From assembly GCA_964549775.1 (NCBI GenBank), contig CAZJVN010000002.1, forward strand, positions 1 to 42,289: a stretch of DNA of 42,289 bases. The letters are read 5' to 3'. The position numbers and the translations under genes are program-made. This DNA comes from an uncultured archaeon. GTDB taxonomy: Archaea > Iainarchaeota > Iainarchaeia > Iainarchaeales > JAAZKV01. Positions 6,942 through 15,573 of this stretch are shown in pieces. The notes beneath the pieces were generated by a model. The model did no database searches. It was not told the DNA's origin and worked only from the letters and a program-made list of their open reading frames with translations. How positions within the stretch are numbered: the first letter of the stretch is position 1; the number at the start of each line of letters is the position of its first letter.

Positions 6942-9900
6942 ATGGTTAATATTTTGTGGTTTAAAGAACTTGACATGAATAATATTCCTCAAGCTGGAGG
7001 AAAAGGAGCTTCACTAGGAGAGATGACACAAAATGGTTTTCCAGTACCTAATGGTTTTGTAATAACTTCAGAAGCTTACTTTAATTTTTTAAAAGAAAAA
7101 GGAATTGAACAACAAATAGTAGAAACTATTGACGCAATTGATGTTGAAAACACAGAACAACTAGAAAGAGTAAGTGAAAAAATTAGAGAACTAATTGAAA
7201 AAACTCCAATGCCTAGTGAAATCAAAGAAGAAATTATAATAAATTATTGGAAACTAAGCGAAGGAAATCCTCAAGGATCACTAGTTGCAGTAAGATCAAG
7301 TGCAACAGCAGAAGATTTACCTGAAGCAAGTTTTGCAGGACAACAAGAAACTTACTTAAATATTCAAGGAAGCGATGATGTAGTTTACTCTGTACAAAAA
7401 TGTTGGGCCTCACTTTTCACAGCAAGAGCGGTGTACTATAGAAAAAAACAAGGGTTTGGAACAGAACAAGTTGGACTTTGCGCAGTAATACAAAAAATGG
7501 TGAGTAGCGAAGTTAGTGGAATAATGTTTACTGCAGACCCTACTGGAGATCTTGAAAAAATAATTATAGAAGCAGGTTATGGGTTAGGAGAAACAGTTGT
7601 TAGTGGAAGTATTACTCCTGATAATTATGTTGTTAGTAAAAAAGAAATGAAACTAGAAAATAAAAAAATAAATAAACAAGAATGGATGCTTGTGAAAGAA
7701 GGAAGAGAAAATGTAAGAGTGAACTTAGGTGAGATGAAAGCAAAGTCGCAAAAATTAATGGATGATAAAATAATTGAACTTGCAGCAATTGGTCAAAAAA
7801 TAGAAGACCACTACAAAAAACCAATGGATATTGAATGGGCAATGGAAAATAATGTTTTATATATTGTACAAGCAAGACCCATAACAACACTTGGGCTTGA
7901 CAAGAAAAACTCTGGACACGAAACTATCCAAGTGAAAGAAACTCCAATACTTGTTGGACTTCCAGCTTCCCCGGGAATAATTACAGGAATTGTAAAAATT
8001 GTTCCAGAAATTGAAGATATCGCAAAAGTAACTACTGGAGACATTTTAGTAACAAAAATGACTTCACCCTCTTGGGTTCCTGTCATGAAAAAAGCGAGCG
8101 GAATAATTACAAACGAAGGAGGAAGAACTTGTTTTGATGGAGAAACAAAGCTTTTGACAAACAAAGGATTTATGACATTCAAACAAATACACGAAGAAGG
8201 ATTTGATGGGTTGAAAATTGTTTCATTTAATAAACAAACAATGAAAACTGAATGGAAACCAGTTATATTTTCAATGAAAAGAACTGCCCCACGAATAACA
8301 ATAAGTATTTCTCAATCAGGCAGAATTAATCACAATATCTTAACACTTACCCCTGATCATAAAATGATTAATTTAAGAAATGCTGAATTAATTGATACTG
8401 AAATACAAGAAATGATTGAAAAAAATGAAATGGGTTGCGTAGCACAATATATCCCTGCACTAACTGAAGCGACAGAGAAAGACAAAAAAATGGCTTATTT
8501 TTTAGGAGGAATAATGACTGACGGGTCAATTTATCAAACAAGAACACATGGGGAAGTTCAATTTATTCAAAAAAATATTCCTGAAAAACAAGAATTTATC
8601 CAATATATGAATGATTGTGCAAAAACCACATTCAATAAAGAATTTGCGATTTCAGAAAAAAAGATTTCAAATGGATTTATACGAGGAAATAAAGTGGAAG
8701 GACAAGCAACAGCTTACAGACTTTATTCAAAACAAATTGCCCAAGAGGTTAATACCGAAGAACAACAAATCACACAAACTTTACTGCAAGGAAACGAGGA
8801 AATATCTTACAATTTTTTGGCAGGAGTTATTGATGGAGATGGAACTTTTTTCAATAACAGAGTTAATATTTATGTTTCAGAAGAGCTTTTATTACAAGGA
8901 GTCATGACTGCTTGTTTAAGAATTGGAACACTACCCCAAGTCACAAAAAACAGAAACATTTTTAATGTCCAAATTGTTGAAAAACTAGAAGAAATATTCA
9001 AGTACACAAAAAGAGTGAAGGGCAATCTAAGAAGCAGAAAAATACAAACAAGATTCTTTTCTGCAAAGCAACTTCAAACAAATAATTCACCTTATAAATT
9101 AAAAGATAGAGCAAAGAGAAATTTGCTTATTTCTGATAAAGAACTAATGTTAATTAAAGATTCAAAAATACAATCAATTTTGAATAGCCGTATTAAAATG
9201 CAGAGAATAACAAAAATTTCTGAGGATACAATGGGAGAAGTTTACAATATTACTGTAGATGATAATCACACATATTTAGTATTTTCAAAAAACCTTACTC
9301 CAATTCTTGCAAATAACTGTCATGCTGCAATTGTTTCTCGTGAACTTGGAATACCCTGTGTGGTTGGAACAGAAAAAGGAACAACAATTCTTACTGACGG
9401 ACAAGAGGTAACAATTGATGGATACAATGGGAATGTTTATGCTGGAAAAGTAGAAATCATTCGAGAAAAAAAAGAGATCAAAGTTCTTGAAGAAAATGAA
9501 ATTGATAAACTAGAAAAAGCAATTAGTATAGAAATAAGCACTAACCCTTTAATTACTGAAGTAGAAAAACAAAAAGCAAAAACAATAATCAAAGAATTTG
9601 CAGGAATAAAATACAAAGAAATGCCGCTTGAAGAAAGAGAAAAAGAAGAAAAAGAATTATTAGAATTACTAAAAGATTTAACAATAAAAGTAAAAGTAAA
9701 CGTTGCACTAGTTGATGCTGCCGAAGCTGCACAAAAAACTAAAGCTGACGGAGTAGGACTACTTAGAGCGGAGCACATGATTACTAGTTCTGGAATGCAC
9801 CCTGCAGAATTTATTAGACAAAATAAAGATACTGAATTAAAAAATATTGTAAAAGAAGCTATTAGAAATGTTGCGAGTAGATTTACTGGACCTGTTTGGT

Positions 9901-10595
9901 TTAGAACATTTGATGCAAGAACTGATGAATACAAAGAATTAATTGGCGGAGATAAGGAACCAAAAGAAGAAAATCCAATGCTAGGTTGGCATGGAATTAG
10001 AAGAGATCTTGATGAACCAAGAATGTTTAAGTGTCAATTAATTGCAATAAAAGAACTTTATGAAGAAGGACAACAAAATGTTGGAGTTATGCTACCTTTT
10101 GTTCAAAGCTTGGAAGAAGTAGTTGTAGCAAAAAGAATAGCAAAAGAAATAGAATTACCAGATGGAGTAGATTTTGGAGTAATGGTAGAAACTCCCGGAG
10201 CAGTTTGGATAATTGATGAAATAATTCCATACATACAATTTGTCTCATTTGGAACAAACGATCTAACACAACTAACACTAGGGCTTGATAGAAATAACGA
10301 GAAAGTACAAAAACAATTCACTGAACTACACCCTGCAATATTAAGACAACTCGAATATGTAATAAAAAAATGTAAAAATGCTGGAGTAGTTACTAGTATT
10401 TGTGGACAAAGTGCATCAAACCCTGAAATGGTGAAAAAACTTGTTTGGTACGGAATAGATTCAGTATCAGCAAACATCGATGCAGTAGAAGAGATAAGAA
10501 ATACAGTGATTATTGAAGAAAAGAAAAAAATATTAGAATACCTAAACAAGTGGCCTTACAATACTAAAAAAAATGAAATAATTGATCTAATCTAA
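6942..10595 (+). CDS. ppsA: Phosphoenolpyruvate synthase (pyruvate, water dikinase), intein-containing precursor
   Basis: 1217-aa ORF. N-terminal ATP-grasp/PPDK_N domain has IPQAGGKGASLGEM and RSSATAEDLPEASFAGQ. The phospho-His motif GGRT/CHAAIVSRELGIP is interrupted by an intein. The C-terminal PEP-utilizer barrel has GVGLLRAEHM, FGTNDLTQ and ICGQSAS. The spliced length would be 821 aa. An aaGGTGAaag SD is present. Confidence 0.93.
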   Translation: MVNILWFKELDMNNIPQAGGKGASLGEMTQNGFPVPNGFVITSEAYFNFLKEKGIEQQIVETIDAIDVENTEQLERVSEKIRELIEKTPMPSEIKEEIIINYWKLSEGNPQGSLVAVRSSATAEDLPEASFAGQQETYLNIQGSDDVVYSVQKCWASLFTARAVYYRKKQGFGTEQVGLCAVIQKMVSSEVSGIMFTADPTGDLEKIIIEAGYGLGETVVSGSITPDNYVVSKKEMKLENKKINKQEWMLVKEGRENVRVNLGEMKAKSQKLMDDKIIELAAIGQKIEDHYKKPMDIEWAMENNVLYIVQARPITTLGLDKKNSGHETIQVKETPILVGLPASPGIITGIVKIVPEIEDIAKVTTGDILVTKMTSPSWVPVMKKASGIITNEGGRTCFDGETKLLTNKGFMTFKQIHEEGFDGLKIVSFNKQTMKTEWKPVIFSMKRTAPRITISISQSGRINHNILTLTPDHKMINLRNAELIDTEIQEMIEKNEMGCVAQYIPALTEATEKDKKMAYFLGGIMTDGSIYQTRTHGEVQFIQKNIPEKQEFIQYMNDCAKTTFNKEFAISEKKISNGFIRGNKVEGQATAYRLYSKQIAQEVNTEEQQITQTLLQGNEEISYNFLAGVIDGDGTFFNNRVNIYVSEELLLQGVMTACLRIGTLPQVTKNRNIFNVQIVEKLEEIFKYTKRVKGNLRSRKIQTRFFSAKQLQTNNSPYKLKDRAKRNLLISDKELMLIKDSKIQSILNSRIKMQRITKISEDTMGEVYNITVDDNHTYLVFSKNLTPILANNCHAAIVSRELGIPCVVGTEKGTTILTDGQEVTIDGYNGNVYAGKVEIIREKKEIKVLEENEIDKLEKAISIEISTNPLITEVEKQKAKTIIKEFAGIKYKEMPLEEREKEEKELLELLKDLTIKVKVNVALVDAAEAAQKTKADGVGLLRAEHMITSSGMHPAEFIRQNKDTELKNIVKEAIRNVASRFTGPVWFRTFDARTDEYKELIGGDKEPKEENPMLGWHGIRRDLDEPRMFKCQLIAIKELYEEGQQNVGVMLPFVQSLEEVVVAKRIAKEIELPDGVDFGVMVETPGAVWIIDEIIPYIQFVSFGTNDLTQLTLGLDRNNEKVQKQFTELHPAILRQLEYVIKKCKNAGVVTSICGQSASNPEMVKKLVWYGIDSVSANIDAVEEIRNTVIIEEKKKILEYLNKWPYNTKKNEIIDLI
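8130..9317 (+). mobile_element. PpsA intein with LAGLIDADG homing-endonuclease domain (396 aa)
   Basis: Cys1 (CFDGETKLL) follows GGRT directly. Block B is LTPDH. LAGLIDADG motifs are YFLGGIMTDGSI and NFLAGVIDGDGTF. Blocks F/G are EVYNITVDDNHTYLV...ILANN, followed by the +1 Cys of CHAAIV. Removal restores GGRTCHAAIVSRELGIP. Confidence 0.9.
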
Positions 10596-10661
10596 AGTCA
10601 CTTTATTTTCATTTTTTTAAGAAAAAGAAGACTTTAATTACTTTCGAACAAATAATTAGTC

Positions 10662-11642
10662 ATGTTACAAATAAATCTAAATAATGCAATTAAGGATTTA
10701 AAAAAAATCAAAGCTAAAAAAGTACTACTACAAATTCCTGAAGGGCTAAAAACAAAAACTGAAAGTATAATTACTGAACTTGAAAAAAACGATTTTAATG
10801 TAATTGTATCAATGGATCCTTGCTTTGGGGCATGCGATGTTAAACCCAAAGAATCAGAAATGATGAACTGTGATGCAGTACTCCACATTGGACACACAAA
10901 GTTTATTGAAAAAAATGATAAAAAAATAATTTATGCTCCGCTAACACAAGAACTAACAAACTTTGAAGAAATAAAAAATAAAATAACACGTTATTTGTTG
11001 GACAACAATTTTTCTTTGATTGGAATTGTCACAACCGCACAATATTTACATTACTTGCCAGAAATAAAAAAACATTTAGAAAAAAACAAAATCAAAGTAA
11101 AAATTACAAACGGAAAAAGAGTAGAAAATGGACAGGTTCTTGGATGTAATTATTCTAGCGCTAATGGTAAAGCAAAAACTATTCTTTATTTTGGGGATGG
11201 ATTGTTTCACCCGCTTGGAATTCATTTTGGTACAAAAAAAGAGGTTATTATTTTTGACCCAATTCTTGGAACAATAAAAACGCTTGATGAAGAAAAAAAT
11301 AATTTCTTACGAAAAAGATTCCTTTTGATTGAGAAAGCAAAAGAAGGAAAGTCTTTTGCAATTCTTGTTTCTACAAAAATTGGACAAAACAGAATTTCAA
11401 CTGCAGAGAAAATAAAAAAAGAACTTGCACACGCTGGAAAAAAAGTTTTTATCTGTTCAATGGATTTTATTTCTGAAGAAAAATTACTCGGACTTGATGT
11501 TGACGTTCTTGTGAACACTGCTTGTCCTCGTCTTTCAATAGATGATTTTGCTTCCTACAAAAAACCCTTAATTAATTACAACGAAGTAAAATATGTTTTA
11601 GGACAAAATTATGAAGATTATAAAACAGAAATAATTTACTAA
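10662..11642 (+). CDS. dph2: Diphthamide biosynthesis protein Dph2 (2-(3-amino-3-carboxypropyl)histidine synthase)
   Basis: 326-aa ORF with LLQIPEGLK. Three Cys contexts (DPCFGACD, VLGCNYS, VNTACPR) lie at the spacing of the archaeal Dph2 Fe-S ligands. LHIGHT is present. There is no SD; a TTTAATTA TATA-like box about 20 nt upstream suggests a leaderless mRNA. Confidence 0.87.
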   Translation: MLQINLNNAIKDLKKIKAKKVLLQIPEGLKTKTESIITELEKNDFNVIVSMDPCFGACDVKPKESEMMNCDAVLHIGHTKFIEKNDKKIIYAPLTQELTNFEEIKNKITRYLLDNNFSLIGIVTTAQYLHYLPEIKKHLEKNKIKVKITNGKRVENGQVLGCNYSSANGKAKTILYFGDGLFHPLGIHFGTKKEVIIFDPILGTIKTLDEEKNNFLRKRFLLIEKAKEGKSFAILVSTKIGQNRISTAEKIKKELAHAGKKVFICSMDFISEEKLLGLDVDVLVNTACPRLSIDDFASYKKPLINYNEVKYVLGQNYEDYKTEIIY

Positions 11643-11667
11643 CTAATACAGACAATTATAAATAATT

Positions 11668-12519
11668 TTATTCTTCTTCGTTTTCTGTTCCCACATTTTC
11701 TGTTCTTACCATTGTTCCTTTAAATTCGGGATTTCCTCGAACAATGGATTTAAAATTTTCTACATCATTTCCTGAAATAAAATAAGATCTAATTTTGCTT
11801 CTTTGCAAAATTGCTGCTGCGTGAGGATCAACAAAAGTGTGTGCCCCTGGTTTTGAAGCTTGAGCTTTAAGAAGGGAAACCATTTTTGTGTGAGTTAATT
11901 CTTTATACATTTTTGCATGTTCTTCTTTTGCTGGATCTGCTGAATAAATTCCATCCACATTACTTACATTAATAAAATCTGCGCCCAAAAGTTCTGCAAT
12001 TATTGCAGCAACCGCGTCAGTAGTTTGTCCAGGAATTGTTCCACCAAAAATCGGGGTTTTTCCTAAAAGTAAAGTTCTCTCCGCCTCTTTAGGGTCAGTT
12101 AGTACTCCCCTCCAAGAATTATCTATTCCATACGTAAAAAATAAAGCGTTTGCTCGGGTTACACTAATTCCAACCTCATCAAGCTCGAAATTATTTGCAC
12201 CCATTGATTTTGCTCCAGCTTGATAAACTCTTGCAACCTTTCCCCCACCAACAACAACAACAAATTGGTTACCCTCTCTAATTAGTTCATTTATTACTTC
12301 ACAAAATTTAGCAATTTCAGGAGCTCTTAATTTTTTGTTAAAAAAGACTGATCCCCCTAAACTTAACACAAAAATCTTTTGATTATTTGATTGAGGATAA
12401 GGATTGTAAGGTTGGTAAACTGATTGTTGAGATTGAGTAGTTGAAGAACTTGTAGTAGAAGAGGTACTTGATTCATTAGCTTTTGGAGTACCATCCCATT
12501 TTTCAAATAAATCAAACAT
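11668..12519 (-). CDS. pyrH: Uridylate (UMP) kinase, archaeal type, with low-complexity N-terminal extension
   Basis: 283-aa ORF. Core segments are VLSLGGSVF, VVVVGGGKVAR and TTDAVAAIIAELLGADFINVSNVDGIYSADP. A strong GAGGTGAG SD precedes ATG 12519. The first ~47 aa are Ser/Thr/Gln/Pro-rich. Confidence 0.9.
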   Translation of the reverse strand: MFDLFEKWDGTPKANESSTSSTTSSSTTQSQQSVYQPYNPYPQSNNQKIFVLSLGGSVFFNKKLRAPEIAKFCEVINELIREGNQFVVVVGGGKVARVYQAGAKSMGANNFELDEVGISVTRANALFFTYGIDNSWRGVLTDPKEAERTLLLGKTPIFGGTIPGQTTDAVAAIIAELLGADFINVSNVDGIYSADPAKEEHAKMYKELTHTKMVSLLKAQASKPGAHTFVDPHAAAILQRSKIRSYFISGNDVENFKSIVRGNPEFKGTMVRTENVGTENEEE

Positions 12520-12620
12520 TTACTCACCTCAAAAATAATTAAATTAAAGCATAATGTTACATTTTTGCTAAAATCAATAGCTTTTATAAAGTAACGAAGC
12601 CGAATTATTATGGAAATTGT

Positions 12621-12631
12621 CCTTTAAATAC
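12621..12631 (+). promoter_or_regulatory. Candidate TATA box for aRF1 (CCTTTAAATAC)
   Basis: CCTTTAAATAC lies about 50 nt upstream of ATG 12680. The identical 11-mer occurs upstream of the S-layer gene (23615-23625). Confidence 0.4.
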
Positions 12632-12679
12632 TTTTTCCAATAAGTAAAAATAATTAAAATAAAATAAAAGTGAAACAAA

Positions 12680-15430
12680 ATGGCTAAAGAATTAAAACTA
12701 AATGAGGTAAGCGAAGCAGAGCTTGCTGTGTTTAAGAAAAAACTAAAAATGCTTGAAAACTTTAAAGGTCGACACACTGAACTTATCACCCAATATATTC
12801 CTCCAGGAACTGATAGAAGTACTGTAATGAACCAATTAAGTGAAGAAATTAATCAAAGCTCAAATATTAAAAGTCCACAAACAAGAAAAAATGTTCAAGG
12901 GGCCTTAAGAAAAATAATTGGGTTCTTAAAAAATATTAACTTCAAATTACCAACTAATGGAATAGTTGTTTTTGCAGGAAATGTATCCGAAACTGATGGA
13001 CGAGCAGATATTCGTTTATTTACTGTTACCCCAGTTATGCCCTTAAAATCAAAACTCTACTGGTGTGATTCTTCATTCCACATTGATTACTTAAAAGAAA
13101 TGATGACTCCTAACGATTTTTACGCAATAATGACGATTGATAAAAACGAAGCAACAATAGCTCAACTAATTGGAAAAAAATATGAAGTAATAGGACACTT
13201 TACTTCGCTAGTTCCTGGAAAAACTAGAGCTGGAGGACAATGTTTAACACCAAACACCCAAATAATCAAATCAACTGGAGAAATAAGTTCTATTGAAAAC
13301 TTAAGGGAAGGGGAGTTAATTAAAGGAGTTGATTTTAAAACAGGAAATACCATAAATACAAAAGTGAAAAAGAAATGGCAAACAGTAAAAAAAACAATTA
13401 CAATAAAAACAAAAAACCCACAATTTTTAATTAATTGTTCCCCAGACCACACTTTTTTTGTATGGGATAATGGAGCAATAATTGAAAAACAAGCAATAGA
13501 ACTAACAAAAAAGGATACTTTATTATTTAACGAGAAAATAAATGTTTCTGAAAAAAAAGAAATAACTTTAACTCAACAATATAACTCATACGCATTAAAA
13601 GTTCCTGCACAAAAAATAATCTTTCAGAGAAGACAAAAAGAAGAATTATCCCAAAAAGAACTGGGAGAATTAATTGAAATGACACAAACTGAAATTTCTT
13701 TATTAGAATTAGGTAAAAGAAATCCTAAAAACGAAACAATAAAGAAAGTCTGTGAAAAATTAAAAATAAATAGAAAAACTTTTATTAAAAAATATTGTGA
13801 AAAAATTGACCAACAAATATTACCACACAAATTAACTAAAGAGTTAGCAGAATTTTTAGGATATTTTGAAGGAGACGGATCATTTGAAAAAGAAAGAATT
13901 TCCTTATACGATTCGGACAAACAAATAATTGAGTACTACACGAATCTAGCAAAAAAATTATTTAACTGCAACTGTAAAATTACTTATAGAAAAAACAAAG
14001 GACATTATCAATCAAGAATTTATGGAAAACAAATAGTTTCATTTTTAAATAATAATTTCCCCGAAATAAATAAAGCCTTAACTTCAAAAGTACCCAAACA
14101 AATAATGCTTTCTGAAAAGAAAATCTTATCGGCTTTTATAAAAGGATTGTTTGATGCTGAAGGATATGTATCAAATAAAAAAGTTGGGTTTGGAATAAAT
14201 AATTACCAACTAGCTCAACAAATCCAAATAGCTTTACTTGAATATGGAATACACCCGTCCTTAATTGAATATGATAATAGAAAAAACATTTATTCAAAAA
14301 ATAAAAGATACACTATAGAAATTGGGAATAAACACTCAATAGTACAATTTTTAGAAAATATTGGATTTAATAGTTATAAAAAAAATAAAAAACTATTACA
14401 ATTAATTAATACAAAAAGTGAAAAAAATAATGTGCGTCAAATCTTAGCAAACGGAGATTATGTAAAAGAAATAATTTTGGAAACAAAAAATCCATTAAAA
14501 GGTTTTCACAAAACAAATATGTTTTTGAATAACAAAAGAAAAATCTCAAAAGAAATTTTTAAACAAGAAATAATAGATAAATCCAATACTCAAGCAAAAG
14601 TAGAATTGAATAAAATATATGAGTATAACCTACTCCCTACAGAAATAATTAAAATTGAATCAAATAATCAACAACCCATGATTGATATTAGTACTGATTG
14701 TGAAAATTTTATAGCAAATGGATTAATTGTTCATAATAGTGCTCAAAGATTTGAAAGATTAAGAGAGGAAGCAACACAAAACTTTTTCAAACTCGCAGGA
14801 GAAAGATTTAACGGATACTTTGAACCACACAAAGAAAAAGTAAAAGGAGTAGTAATTGGCGGACCCGGACAAACAAAAAATTATTTCATGGAAAAAAAAG
14901 TAATACACCACGAACTAGAAAAAAAAGTTCTTGGAGTAATTGACACCTCTTACACTGATGAAGGAGGAATAAGAGAACTTGTACAAAAAAGTAGTGATCT
15001 TCTAAAAGATTCAGAACTTGTAAAAGAAAAAGAAATACTTGACAAATTTATTGGAGAAATAGCAAAAGACGGACTTGCCACTTACGGACAAGCAGAAGTA
15101 GAAAAAATAATTGAAGAAGGAAGAGTAGCGATACTAATTATTTCAGAAGATATTCCTTGGATGGTTTATAGAAAAACATGCGAACACTGCGGAGCTGACA
15201 CCTTTGAAACAGTAAAAGACCATAATAACTTTAGAGAAATTGATCTTAGATGTGGAAATTGTCAATCAAAAGTAGAAGTAACTGAAGAAATAGATTATAT
15301 TGATTGGTTAATGGAAAAAGCAAAAAACACCGGAGCAGATGTGCGAGTAATTAGCACTGAAACAAACGAAGGGAAGAATTTTTATGAAGGATTTGGAGGA
15401 ATAGGAGCAATACTAAGATACAAAATATAA
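12680..15430 (+). CDS. prf1: Peptide chain release factor aRF1, intein-containing precursor
   Basis: 916-aa ORF. Domain 1 has NIKS (SSNIKSPQTRKN) and YxCxxxF (LYWCDSSFH). The domain 2 GGQ motif is split by an intein (TRAGGQ / SAQRFERLREE). Domain 3 has a CxxC...CxxC mini-domain. The spliced length would be 417 aa. Confidence 0.93.
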   Translation: MAKELKLNEVSEAELAVFKKKLKMLENFKGRHTELITQYIPPGTDRSTVMNQLSEEINQSSNIKSPQTRKNVQGALRKIIGFLKNINFKLPTNGIVVFAGNVSETDGRADIRLFTVTPVMPLKSKLYWCDSSFHIDYLKEMMTPNDFYAIMTIDKNEATIAQLIGKKYEVIGHFTSLVPGKTRAGGQCLTPNTQIIKSTGEISSIENLREGELIKGVDFKTGNTINTKVKKKWQTVKKTITIKTKNPQFLINCSPDHTFFVWDNGAIIEKQAIELTKKDTLLFNEKINVSEKKEITLTQQYNSYALKVPAQKIIFQRRQKEELSQKELGELIEMTQTEISLLELGKRNPKNETIKKVCEKLKINRKTFIKKYCEKIDQQILPHKLTKELAEFLGYFEGDGSFEKERISLYDSDKQIIEYYTNLAKKLFNCNCKITYRKNKGHYQSRIYGKQIVSFLNNNFPEINKALTSKVPKQIMLSEKKILSAFIKGLFDAEGYVSNKKVGFGINNYQLAQQIQIALLEYGIHPSLIEYDNRKNIYSKNKRYTIEIGNKHSIVQFLENIGFNSYKKNKKLLQLINTKSEKNNVRQILANGDYVKEIILETKNPLKGFHKTNMFLNNKRKISKEIFKQEIIDKSNTQAKVELNKIYEYNLLPTEIIKIESNNQQPMIDISTDCENFIANGLIVHNSAQRFERLREEATQNFFKLAGERFNGYFEPHKEKVKGVVIGGPGQTKNYFMEKKVIHHELEKKVLGVIDTSYTDEGGIRELVQKSSDLLKDSELVKEKEILDKFIGEIAKDGLATYGQAEVEKIIEEGRVAILIISEDIPWMVYRKTCEHCGADTFETVKDHNNFREIDLRCGNCQSKVEVTEEIDYIDWLMEKAKNTGADVRVISTETNEGKNFYEGFGGIGAILRYKI
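13241..14737 (+). mobile_element. aRF1 intein with XRE-type HTH module and LAGLIDADG homing-endonuclease domain (499 aa)
   Basis: Cys1 (CLTPNTQII) follows GGQ directly. Block B is CSPDHTF. An HTH segment spans 13616-13783. LAGLIDADG motifs are EFLGYFEGDGSF and AFIKGLFDAEGYV. The C-terminus is PMIDISTDCENFIANGLIVHN, followed by the +1 Ser of SAQRF. Confidence 0.9.
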
Positions 15431-15573
15431 TGTGCTTAACCTATTTTGAAAAAACAAATTTAACTAAGAAAAATAATTAAAAATTAATTAAAAGAAGTAA
15501 TAAAAATAAAATCAATAAAAAAACTAAATAACAATAGAACACAATTTGTTGGACAACTATTAAAGGTGAAAAA

